Assembly: GCA_951406725.2 (NCBI GenBank)
Contig: OX597839.1
Location: 23,808,001-23,872,000 of the forward strand
Reading direction: 5' to 3'
DNA length: 64,000 bases
DNA from: Octopus vulgaris
Lineage: Eukaryota
Shown here: positions 52,162 through 64,000 of the stretch, in pieces
How positions within the stretch are numbered: position 1 is the first letter of the stretch
Layout of the letters: each line of letters begins with the position of its first letter
Made by a program: the position numbers and the translations under genes
The notes under the pieces: generated by a model
What the model was told of the DNA's origin: nothing
The model's database searches: none
What the model saw: the letters and a program-made list of their open reading frames with translations, nothing else

Positions 52162-53568
52162 CATTTGTGTATTTGTGTGTGAGTTTGTGAGTGTTTGAAC
52201 GTTTGTGTGTGTGTGTGTGTGTATGTTATGGTTGTGTTTGTGTGTGGGTGTGCGTGTGTGCATGCGTTTGTGTGTGAGTTTATGAGTGTCTGAACGTTTG
52301 TGTATGTGTATGGTTTTGTGTGTATATGTGTGTGCGTTTGTGTGTTTGTGTGGCTGTGTGTGGGTGTGTATGTGTGTGTGCACACATGCACATGTTTCTG
52401 TGTGCACAGACATTCCAAAAGTCACTAGATACCTCTCCTTCTACTCTTTTATATCTAAGAAAGTCAACTCGTTAACTACAATGCCTAAATAGGTTAAATA
52501 CAAGATTAAGTCGTTTAGATGTGTCAATCAACATTATTTGGTTTCTAGCAATGAACCTTTCAAAAAAAAAAAGGCATCTATTTATTCTTGAGCTGTGTGT
52601 GTGCCACATTAAAAGTACATGTGCTGGTGTCAAATAAAAAGCACCCCGGGTGCTGGTGGCACGTAAAAGGCACCTGTGCCAGTGCCACACATAAAGGACC
52701 AGTGCTGGTTTCACGTTAAAGGGAGAAAAGTACACTCGGTAAAGTGGTTGGCCTTAGGAAGAGCATCCAGTTGCAGAAACCATGCTGAGACAGGCAATTG
52801 GAGCCTGGGGTGGCCACCACCTGTCGAATCATCCAACCCATAATGGAAAGCAGACATTAAATGAAGATGGTGGTGGTGGTGGTGGTGTTTGGCAAGATAC
52901 CTATACCTGTCCTTCTATACCTGTAATCAAAGCCACCCCCACCTCACCACTTCTTCCCACTCCCAGCTGACAGGGGTCTTCGTCTTGCAAGTTACCCCAG
53001 TGACCCTGTTGGTGCTGGTACCACATAAAAAGTAAGGCAGCGAGCTGGCAGAAACGTTAGCACGCCGGGCGAAATGCGTAGCCGTATTTCATCTGCCGCT
53101 ACATTCTGAGTTCAAATTCTGCCGAGGTCGACTTTGCCTTTCATCCTTTCGGGGTCGATAAATTAAGTACCAGTTACGCACTGGGGTCGATGTAATCGAC
53201 TTAATCCGTTTGTCTGTCTTTGTTTGTCCCCTCTGTGTTTGGCCCCTTGTGGGTAGTAAAGAAATAGGTACCACATAAAAAGTTTGAAATGTAATTTTAA
53301 ACCTTCAACAGCAAAATCAAATTCTATGGTTAGTCCAGTAATGATCTTTAAACATTTCCTAAAAAAGAATAGAATCGGTATTTTCTGCCAGTCACATTGT
53401 CTCAATAACCTTGATAGATCTCAACAAATAAATAGTTCCAAAGAGTGGTCATGTCAGATTCTAGCAATTTTAACCCTTTTACACAAAAATTAATTTTCAT
53501 GGAAGTATTGATGTTAGATATTTCGTTTTTGTATTTGGTTTGCAAGACTCTTGAAGTGAATTTGTATA

Positions 53569-54081
53569 TCTATATATATAAAACTGTAGTTGTGTGAGTG
53601 TCTGTCCCCTTCGATTTAGATTCCTAACTACTCCCACATTTTGCGGTGCAGTTTAACCAAATTCGGGTATCTTATAGTCGTGATTCATATCGAGCCCATC
53701 TGAGTATTAGCGCGCGTCTACGATGAGTCTACGATTTAAAAAATAATTTAACATCATTTTTTATTCCATTTTAATGCATAATTTTTCGTGTGTCGATGGC
53801 GGCAGAGTTGGCGTCCATGGTCACACCTGCACCTGTTTGCTTCTCCCCCTTCTTCCCTCCCTCGTGAAGCTGTGGGGAAGGGGGTGTAAGGAAATCTACG
53901 TCGTAAAGCGTTGTCAAGGAGACCAGCGTTATTTTAGAACAACGACTTCATGGCTTGAAGACACCAAAACAGAAATGGCTAAGAGAGCCCGAATTGGCAT
54001 CTATAAGGGAAGTAACTCTCTAAAAATGCTTATATAGTTATTTCCCTTACAAACCCGAGCAACGCCGGGCGATACTGCTAG
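53569..54081 (+). mobile_element. Non-autonomous Helitron, 513 bp
   Basis: A|TC 5' end, subterminal hairpin CCCG-AGCAACGC-CGGG, 3' CTAG|T. Inserted at an AT dinucleotide with no TSD. Confidence 0.9.
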
Positions 54082-56338
54082 TTAAAGTATATTTCATTGT
54101 GTCTGGGGAGAGTCATTCTCTTTCAGTGCCTTATTACTCGACACACTCACTGATTTAATTTCCACTCATTTACTTATTTATTTTTACTAAAATTTTTGTT
54201 GCGTCTTGCAACCGCTTCAATACTTATTAACTGTCCGTTATCAGAGCTGCGTTCTTTCTGTATGTTTGTGTGCATGTGTATACACATATGTATGTATGAA
54301 TGTATGTATGTGTATACATATATATGTATGCATGTGTGTACATTTGTATGTATGTATTTGAGGCTGGCAGACGGCCACGCTCGGATGGTGTTTTTTTTTT
54401 TTTTTTCGTCTGGCACCTCTGTCTCCTTGTGTGTGCATGTTTGAGCGTGTCTATGTGTATGTGTTTGTGTCTGTTACCAAAAAATAAAATTGGTATCTTC
54501 TGCAAGTCATGCTGTCTCACTGAACTTGACATATTTTAACAGAAAACTCTTTCAAACAAGATATCCCCCCCCCCCATCAAAAGATAGATTGGTGTATGAA
54601 ACTACTTTCCATAGTTTCAGGGAAAGAAATTTTGATTGGATATATTTAATTCACACAGTCAAAGAGTTAATATACCAATATAAGTTTGTCTTTTGTTATG
54701 TTCCAAACACCATTTTAATTCTTTAACAGCGAAATTAATACAAAGCGACAGAGGTATACACAACCACGCATGCAAACACACACTAACACATGAATATGCA
54801 GAATACATACATACAAACGTACACACATATATATACATATGCATACACATACATGCATATATACATACATGTGTATGTGCACACACACTGACCCACATAC
54901 ATGCACACAAACAAACAATAAAAAACACAGCTCAGATAACGAACACAGTCAACGACTATTGAAAAGGTTGCAAGACACGACGAAAACTTTAGAAAGTGAA
55001 TGAGTGGAAATTTTACCAGTGAGTGTGTTAAATTAATAAGGCACTAAAAGAAAATGACCCTCCCCAGACACAACAAAATATGCTTCAACACACGAACTCA
55101 CATAAAGAATCTTGCAAACCAAATCCAAAAACGAAATAAATTTTATAGTTATTCCAGGAATGATAAAATAAAATCTTCCTAAAAATAGAACTGGTATTTG
55201 CTGCAAGTTGTGCTGCCTCAATAAACTTGACATTTCTCAACAAAGAATCGTTCCAAACATGACATTCCTCAACAAAAATAGAGACTAGTATATAAAACTG
55301 CTTTCCATTGTTAAGGGTAATGACATTTTGAGTGGGCCTTTATGATTTCTGCAGTAAAGGGTTAAAACCTTCCTTGATGTCGTAAGATTTCTGGGTAGAC
55401 ACATAAATGCTCATAGTGGAAGCTGTCCTTATCTTCCCCCTAAAGGTGAAGGTACACCATCCAGCGGTTAAAATGTCAAGCTCAGGGCTGTTAGTACATG
55501 GGTTCATCTCCCAGACAGAGCACCACAGTGTGTCCTTGAGCAAGTAGGTTCATTTCACAATATTCTAGTTTACTCAGCTGAAAATGAGTACCAGCTGAAT
55601 ACTAAATGTTAACCGTGGGAACAGTAAGTTTTTATTTATCTGAACACTTGGGAACAAAGGATAAGTAGAAACCTGAACCTTCTAGACAGACTCAGGTTTT
55701 TTATGCTTATAAAGACATCGTAGACATCAAAACAATGAATTGTCAATGGATTCATAAAAGAAACCAGAAAATAATTAGAGTGAAAAATTCAGGCCATTTT
55801 AAACTGAGAAAACAACAACAAAGGTGTGGAGTGAACACCTACTCAGGTGTGTCCCACCAAATTTGTTTCTCCATAACTTTTGAAAAAATGGGTATTTTCT
55901 AATGAAATTTTCAACAAATATCTTTCAGATGGTATACATTCTAATTATAATGGAATTTGTTGAGAGAGTTTTTTTTAAAGGCAGCAGGGAAAGGAGTTTC
56001 AGATAATTCACACAAGTTAACTTAGTTTCCTCAAAACTGTCAGAAAAATGAGTATTTTCTAATGAAATTTTCTCCAAATATCTTACAGATGGTATAAATT
56101 ATGATTATTTAATGCATAAAAATGAGAATTTAATGCATATGAGAATTTAATGCATAAAAAAATTGGCCTACACACACACACTGAAACAATTTCTTTTCAT
56201 TTTGTAAGTGTATACCCACAAATTTGTTCTTCTTTCTCTTTTTTTTTTTTCACATTAAATTCTGATTATAATTGCAACTTATAGTATCTGAAAGATATTT
56301 GAAGACAGTTTCATTAAAAATATCTGTTTTTCTGAAAG

Positions 56339-56730
56339 GGCTGTGTGGTAAGTAGCTTGCTAACCAACCACATGGTTCCGGGTTCGGTCCCACTGCGTGG
56401 CATCTTGGGCAAGTGTCTTCTGCTATAGCCCTGGGCTGACCAATGCCTTGTGAGTGGATTTGGTAGACGGAAACTGAAAGAAGCCTGTCGTATATATATA
56501 TATATATATATGTGTGTGTTTGTGTGTCTGTGTTTGTCTCCCTAGTACTGCTTGACAACCGATGCTGGTGTGTTTATGTCCCCGTCACTTAGCGGTTCGG
56601 CAAAAAGAGACCGATAGAATAAGTACTGGGCTTACAAAGAATAAGTCCCGGGGTCGATTTGCTCGACTAAAGGTGGTGCTCCAGCATGGCCGCAGTCAAA
56701 TGACTGAAACAAGTAAAAGAGTAAAGAGGA
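56339..56730 (+). mobile_element. SINE family A
   Basis: Diagnostic sequence. Confidence 0.88.
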
Positions 56731-56979
56731 AAAGAGTATAACAAAATCAAGTGCAGGAGACACACACTTGTGTAGGTTTGCCAGTGTCAAGTCTGTTGGA
56801 GAAATTGTTGTAAAAAGCAAGTTTGTGGCCATCTGTTAGAGACCTTATCAGTTTACATCCAGAAAACAGAATCTGCTATTTTTACTTTAGACCCAACCCT
56901 GGCCAACTCCAATTATATTGCGGGCCACTTTAATCACTGAAAGTTTTTTTGAAGGCCACTTGTATACTTTATGCACTAA

Positions 56980-57365
56980 CTAGCAGTATCGCCCGGCGTT
57001 GCTCAGGTTTGTAAGGGAAATAACTATAAAGCCTTTTTAGAGAGTTATAGCCAAAAAATAGCAAAAAAAAATGGAAAAAAAATGATGGTAAATTTTTTTG
57101 AGAGTTAAAAAAGGTGGAGTTGCGTCCCCTAGACGGTCTGTGGTTTGGGTTTCTGATTCTCGACCCCATGTCGAATTTATCGATTTTTTTCAGAACTGGG
57201 GGAACTTTTCAAAATTTTCGCTGCGTTAGTTTTGAATTATGACATTGGTCTATGTGTGTGTCAAGTTTCATCAGAATCGGTTGAAAGCCGTGGTCAGAGT
57301 GAGGGTACGAGAAAACAGACACACAGAAACACACACAGACAAACTGCCGTTTATATAGAGAGAGA
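56980..57365 (-). mobile_element. Non-autonomous Helitron with a shared 3' end and a distinct 5' part
   Basis: On the minus strand it starts A|TCTCTCTCTATATAAA and ends GCAACGCCGGGCGATACTGCTAG|T. Confidence 0.82.
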
Positions 57366-57587
57366 TAGTCAAATACTAAAATTACAGAATCAAGAATTTG
57401 TTTAAAATTATAAAATTGTAGGTTATTTGCTTCATTGCCACTTATAAATTTTTAATTTATTTTGAAACAAATGTTTTATACAAACAATTTTATTCAAACT
57501 TTAAATAAACCCATTTCAAGAAAGTATCAAGCGGGCCGCAAGATAAAAGTCTGCGGGTCGCAGGCCTCAGGCTGGCCAGCACTCTCT

Positions 57588-58053
57588 CTCTCTTTTACTT
57601 GTTTCAGTCATATGACTGCGGCCATGCTGGAGCACCGCCTTTAATCGAGTAACTCGACCCCGGGACTTATTCTTTTGTAAGCCCAGTACTTATTCTATCG
57701 GTCTCTTTTGCCGAACCGCTAAGTAACGGGGACATAAACACACCAGCATCGGTTGTCAAGCAATGTTAGGGGGACAAACACACACACATATATATATATA
57801 TATATCTATATATATATATATATATACATATATACTTTGGTACTTTGATAGGTTTCGGCCATTATTGGCCCAGGCCATGTCTAACTTAATAGCACCACCT
57901 GGACTTCTTTCAGTTTCCGTCTACGAAATCCACTCACAAGGCTTTGGTCGGCCCGAGGCTATAGTAGAAGACACTTGCCTAAGGTGCCACACAGTGGGAC
58001 TGAAGCCGGAACCGTGTGGTTGGTAAACAAGCTACTTACCACCCAGCCACTCC
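57588..58053 (-). mobile_element. SINE family A with an insertion in its central tract
   Basis: Diagnostic sequence, with non-SINE segment 57835-57902. Confidence 0.85.
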
Positions 58054-59929
58054 TAGACTCTTAAATACATTTTTGCTCGGCTTTAATTTCAAGTCTAGTT
58101 GAAGAAAGACAGACTTGACCCACATTTCTTATAAAAATAGAGAAAAAAATTATGAATTCTTTTTATCTCAGTCATTAGATTGAAGCCATGCTGGAGCGCT
58201 ACCTTGAAAACCCAGTGCTTATTCTTTTAAACTTGGTTCTTATTCGGTTTGTCTCTTTTGCTGAACTGCTAAGTTATGGGGATGTAAACACACCAACAGT
58301 AGTTGTGAAGCGGTGGTGGGGAACAAACACAAGGCGCACACACATCTATATATATACACAACAGGCTTCTTTCAGTTTCCGTCTACCAAATCCACTCACA
58401 AGATTTTGGGTCAGCCTGAGGCTATAGTAGAAGACACTTGCCCAAGCTACTACGTAGTGGAACTGAACCCACAACCATGTGGTTGGGAAGCAAACTTCTG
58501 ACCACACAGCCACGCCTAAATAAATAAATTGAGATAAAATAAAATAATAATGGCTTCAAATTTTAGTTCAGAGTCAGGAGTTTTTGAGGGGAGGGGTAAA
58601 GTCGATTACATCGACCCCAGTTCTCAACAGGTAATTGACCCTGAAAGGATGAAAAAACGAGTTGACCTCAGCGGAATTTGAACTCAAAACGTAAAGGCGG
58701 ATGAAATGCCGCTAAGCATTTTGTCCGGCGTGCTAACGATTCTGTCAGCTCGCCGCCTTGATGATGGTGATGATAATAATAATAAAACGCGATGGTCACG
58801 ATTGGAACGACTGTAGCTATAGGTCTGCTCTGTGAGAACCGAACTAGCGTTAAACAACAACAACGAAAGTGTTAGATTTCCGCCACCAAAAAAACTTCAA
58901 AACCTGATTTAAAGAATATAATTCTTCATAATAACGGTCTTTAGAAATAAGTTTTATTTTTAAAAAATAAAATTGTCGTTAATTTCGAAAACTGACTTTT
59001 TTGGCACCGAACAGGGTTTGTTGAGGGTTTAAAACTTAGAGAGGGAACCACTTCTTGAGGTACAACCTACGCCAGCTTGACAAAGAAATAATAATAATAA
59101 TTAATTAACTACCTTTTCTTTAGTTGTTACAGTCATCGGACTGCGGCCATGCTGGGGCCACCACTTTGAAGGGGTTTCAGTCAAACGAAACGACCCCAAG
59201 ACTTATGTGTTGTTCTTGATTTTTTTTTTAAAGCCTGGTACTTATTCTCTGGGTACCTCATACTGAACCGCTAAGTCACGCGATAATAATAATAATAATA
59301 ATAATCCTTTCTGTTATAAACACAAAGCATGAAATTTTGGGGGTAGATACAAGATCTGAACTTCGTGGGGGAAAGGGATTTGTTTACATCGACCCCACAG
59401 CTCAACTGGTATTTGTTCTATCCCGAAAGGACTAATAATTATTATTGTGTGAATAAAAAGCTTGGAATGTTGCGGTAAAATAAAGCAAAATGGGATGTGG
59501 TGAGTTTCATGGCTTTCCAAACGTAAGTGAAATAGACTTGTAACTGCTTAACCCCTAAGTCAGTCCATGGTAAAGCAGACCCAATGATCAATGGCATTCC
59601 AACAGTGACCATCCACTCTTATTATTATTTACCCTCCTCAAGCACAAGTACACCCGGGATTAAAATATCCAATGTGTCCTAAGGGAGTAAGTGTGTGATT
59701 TGAGGGATATTAGTTGTTATTTCTAGTATGTCCAACGACTGGAGCAGACCTATGAACTACTGCATTCCAGCAGTGACCATCCAGTTGTAATGTTTATAAT
59801 TTTTTCCCCTCTCAAGCACAAGGACATCCAACGTGTTGTAAGAGGGTAGAGTGTGGTTTGGAGGGAAATTAAGCTGTTATTTTTAGCATGTCCAATGACT
59901 ACCGTATAGGTATACGATAGACAGGGGAA

Positions 59930-60350
59930 AAACAGAGGCTGCTGCGACGGAAAAAGGGGTCGAAATTGTTCCCATTTCCCTAAAGATAAATAAACAGCGC
60001 GTGTTTCTAGAAACGACCAAAAACTAAATATTAAATGTTTCCAGAGTCGGGCTTCTTCTGAGAGACAAAATATAAACACGGTCTGGCTCTAGGGCCACAA
60101 TAGTCCCCATGGGAAGTTAAAAACTGTTGTTCATTCAGGTGTATGCTATGTGAATAGGTCGTCTTACCTGGGCGATCCTTAAGGCGTCGACAGGTCTTGC
60201 CATCGTCCATCGGTAAAGAAAGTAAACTTAGAGAAACAAACCATACAACGGTGAACGATGTTGACGTGTATCCGGTGGAACTTAATACCGGGTCGGATTG
60301 TTTTTCAAAGATGCGCTAGAGCGTCCGACAGAATTGTCTATTGCCGTTTT
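59930..60350 (-). promoter_or_regulatory. Probable PEX2 promoter / 5'UTR region
   Basis: Unique, visibly CpG-enriched sequence surrounding the PEX2 start codon in an otherwise CpG-poor window. The TSS cannot be determined. Confidence 0.45.
60168..60203 (-). CDS. PEX2: PEX2 coding exon 1 (MARPVDALRIAQ)
   Basis: ATG in acgATGG context and CAG|GTAAGA donor. Joins exon 2 to give LRIAQLDA, matching the conserved PEX2 N-terminal LR(I/V)xQLDA motif. Confidence 0.88.
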
Positions 60351-60684
60351 TTTCTGCTGGTTCCTTTTATGTTCTGAGTTTGAATACGGCAGGGAGAGAC
60401 TTTTGCCTTTCGTCCCCACTTCGGTGGGGAGGGAAGGGGTCGATGAAATATAGTACCAATTGAGTAATGGGATTTTTGACGTAATCGACTAGTCCCTTTT
60501 CTCCACATTTCAGATCTTAGCCCCTACAGCAGAAAGAATTATTTAAAGTTGTTTAAAAAAAAAAAGAACTGAAAAAATAAGGAAAAAAACTAATAGAAAC
60601 AAAAACGTATTTATTCTGTTGTTTTAAGTTTCGGAGATTGGACCGCAGCTATGCTGGAGCACCACACTCAAATGATTTTTAAGG

Positions 60685-60717
<33 letters not shown>

Positions 60718-60719
<2 letters not shown>

Positions 60720-61122
60720 TCTTTTACTCTTTTACTTGTTTCAGTCATTTGACTGCGGCCATGTTGGAGCACCGCCTTTAATCAGGCAACTCGACCCCGG
60801 GACTTATTCTTTTGTAAGCCCAGTACTTATTCTATCGGTCTCTTTTGAGACCGCTAAGTAACGGGGACATAAACACACCAGCATCGGTTGTCAAGCAATG
60901 CTAGGGGGACAAACACAGACACACAAACATATACACACACACACATATATATATATACATATATACGACGGGCTTCTTTCAGTTTCCGTCTACCAAATCC
61001 ACTCACAAGGCCTTGGTCGGCCTGAGGCTATAGTAGAAGACACTTGCTCAAGGTGCCACACAGTGGGACTGAACCCGGAACCATGTGGTTGGTAAACAAG
61101 TTCCTTACCACACAGCCACTCC

Positions 61123-61158
<36 letters not shown>

Positions 61159-61597
61159 TTGAGAAAAAGAAAAAGAGAGAGAGAGAGAGAGAGAGGCACA
61201 GGAGTGGGTGTGTGGTAGCAAGTTTGCTTCCTAACCACACGGTTCCGGATTCAATCCCACCATGTGGCACCTTGGGCAAGTATCTTCTACTATAGCCTCA
61301 GGCGAATAAAAGCCTTGATAATGGATTTGGTAGGCAGAAACTGAAAGAAGCCTGTCGTATATATGTATGTGCGTGTGTCTGTGTTTGTCCCACTACCACC
61401 ACTTGACAACCGGTGCTGGTGTGTTTATGTCCCCACAACTTAGTGGTTCGGCAAAAAGAGACCAATAGAATAAGGATTAGGCTTACAAAGAATAAGTCCT
61501 AGGTTCAAATTGTTTGACTAAAACCCCTTAAGGTGATGCTCCAGCATGGCTGCAGTCAAAATGACTGAAACAAGAAAAGGAATAAAAGAGTAAAAGA
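60718..61597. mobile_element. Head-to-head pair of family A SINEs (60718-61122 -, 61195-61597 +) upstream of PEX2
   Basis: Diagnostic sequences in opposite orientation about 70 bp apart. Confidence 0.85.
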
Positions 61598-62743
61598 ATA
61601 TATATATATCATTATCATCATCATCGTCATTTAACGGCCACTTTCCATGCTGGCATGGGTGGAACGGTTTGACTGAAGTCTGGAGAGCCAGTGGCTGCAC
61701 CAGGCTCAATTTTATCTGGCAAGGATGCCCTTCCTAATGCCAACCATTCTGAAAGTGTAGTGGGTACTTTTTACATGCCACCGGCATGGGAGCCAATCAG
61801 GCAGCACTGGCATCGACCATGCATGAATTGTGCTTTTTACATGCCACCGGCACGGGTGCCAGTCAAGTGGTACTGTCATCAGCCACAACAATGACTTCAC
61901 TTGACTCAACAGATCTTCACAAGTGCAGTTTACTGCCCGATGATTGAAGGGAGCCCTTAAATGGGCTGGTTGTGCTGCACTGGCTTAGGCCACAGTTACG
62001 GTCTCACTTGGCTCACAGAGATAATGATTGAGACCTTTGGCATTGTGTCGTGCTTGAGAAGAAGACCCTTCAAGCCAAGCAAAATCACAGTCATGGCAGA
62101 TACCAGTGTCACACGAATGGTACCCATGCCAGTGGCACATAAAAGCACCCATTACACACTAATAGTGGTTAGTTTTAGGAAGGGCATCTAGCCAGTGAAA
62201 CCATGCCAAAACAGACTGGAGTCTGGTGCAGCCCCTCAGCTTTCCAATGATGGTCAAACTGAACGTTAAATGATGATGATGATGATGATGATTCAAAGGT
62301 CTTCTTTCAGTTTCTGTCTACCAAATCCACTCACAAGGTTTTGCTAAACCCAAGGCTATAGTAGAAGATACTTGCCCGATCTGGAACCAAGTGGTTGGTA
62401 AAGAAACATCTTACCACACAGCCATGCTTCTGTCTATATATTGGTGAATTATGCAATTATTCTGATGTCTGTGGCAAGAGAGAATCTAAATTTTGGTACT
62501 GTCTTCTGCTGGCTAAGTCCACCTATAGACTGACCCAGAATACACCTGCTTTCAAAATCAGACAACTCTTCTTTCTGGTGTTCATGGCATGACTAGTTGC
62601 TATAAACAATTTTTTATAAAGCGATCTTTTGCCACTGTTGCATCTGTCTTTTGACAACAGTTGTCACTCTGACAAATATTGTTATCTTACAAAGTTGTTG
62701 ACAGAATGGTTTTATCAAGCATTGTGCAAGATCGCGATTAAAT

Positions 62744-63323
62744 ATGGTTTCTGATTATAAATATCTTGGGTCATACATATCATCATCAGGAAAAGACTTT
62801 CTAACTAGAAAGGGTATGGCCTGGTCAGCCTGTAATGACATGCATAAGATCTGGTCATCAAATCTAAGTAGAGACTTCATACTTGAAATCTTCAAAGCCA
62901 CAGTCGAACCAATTCTACTATATGGCTCAGAAACCTGGACGTTATCAAAGAAGCTTGAGAGGCGGTTGGATGGAACCTACACTCACCTCCTTCTGAGAGC
63001 TCAAAATCTCTCGTGGAAGAGTCATTCAACCATGCAAATATATGGGAAACTACCACCTGTGTCATCTCTTGTGAAAGGTAGGAGAGTCCAGTTTGCTGGA
63101 CATTGTTGTAGAGCTGAAAAAGAAGTAATTTCTACTCTTCTCCTCTGGAAGCCATCTACTCGCAATACCAGAGGGCGCACACTCTCCTACCCTGATGTAA
63201 TCTCCAGGGATACAGGCATCCAGCAACAGGACCTCCATAATGCCATGATGGACCGTGAAGTCTGGCGTAGCATGGTAAATTCCATTGTCTCGACCACGGT
63301 CGAACAATGATGAATGATGATGA
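62744..63323 (+). mobile_element. 5'-truncated RTE-clade LINE
   Basis: YKYLGS...PILLYGSETWTL...FAGHC.R...AMMDREVWR, with the stop running into a short (TGA)-like tail. Confidence 0.88.
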
Positions 63324-64000
63324 AGCATTGTGCAACCCTCAGTCGTACAATGTCATTACCCTCAAAGGGCTGGATCATGATAATATCCACTCAGGATCAC
63401 AGTATAATTACTATATCAGCACAGACATGACTAGCAACACAATCTACATGTACTCTCAACCTTCCTCCTGTTGACCAGGCTACTGGTGTATTTATAGTGG
63501 CTGTGTCCTACCACTTTTTACCAGGTGGTGTATACAGTTTCCCTATACAACACAATTAATATACTGTAATCTGCAAAAACAATACATTAACAAGTTTGAA
63601 GCACATTGTAGTGACCACACAGATAAAACAGTATAAATAGGTGGGGGTGTATTTACTTTTGAGATGTCTGTATGTGAAGAGGGGGTTATACCTATATCTG
63701 TCTATCTAGCAAGCTAGCTATCTACACACACACACACAAAACACTTTGTAAGGTGGTTGGTGTTAGGAAGTGCATCCAACTGTAAAAACCCTGCCAGAAC
63801 AGTGAAGTTTGGTGCAGTCTTCTGCTCAGCCAGCTCCTATCAAACCGTCCAACCCATGCCAGCATGGAAAATGGACGTTAAATGATGATGATGATGATAT
63901 ATTTATATATTCAACCATAGTTATTTATTATCACATTTCTTCAATGAGTATCTCCCTTTAGGGACATAAATACCACTGTCATGTCATGTCATGTCATGTC

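Noticed and set aside
62744-63310. Host protein-coding gene
   Set aside because: The motifs are those of an RTE LINE C-terminus, 5'-truncated and without the RT catalytic core.

Overview
This is AT-rich, repeat-saturated animal genomic DNA, most likely an octopod cephalopod (inferred from the SINE families and microsatellite load, not from a database match). It holds one complete gene on the minus strand, PEX2 (peroxisomal RING E3 ligase), rebuilt by hand from 8 GT-AG coding exons spanning 60203 to 16376 (302 aa, all seven introns phase 0). The 3' end of an unidentified plus-strand gene lies at about 1677-4545. The rest is tRNA-derived SINEs of at least 4 families, non-autonomous Helitrons, piggyBac/Tc1-mariner/hAT-type MITEs, decayed LINE pieces (CR1-like, RTE, R4/Dong-like), Penelope-type ends with hammerhead-like motifs, and micro/minisatellites. 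Nearly all ORFs in the supplied track are repeat artefacts. I see no unambiguous new system. The best leads, all hypotheses, are: an in-frame UGA that may separate the plus-strand gene from a Ser/Thr-rich, hydrophobic-tailed extension; the all-phase-0 PEX2 exons inside inverted young SINEs; hammerhead-like motifs; and a possible spliced antisense small ORF in PEX2 intron 2. Repeat boundaries are approximate to within a few to tens of bases.
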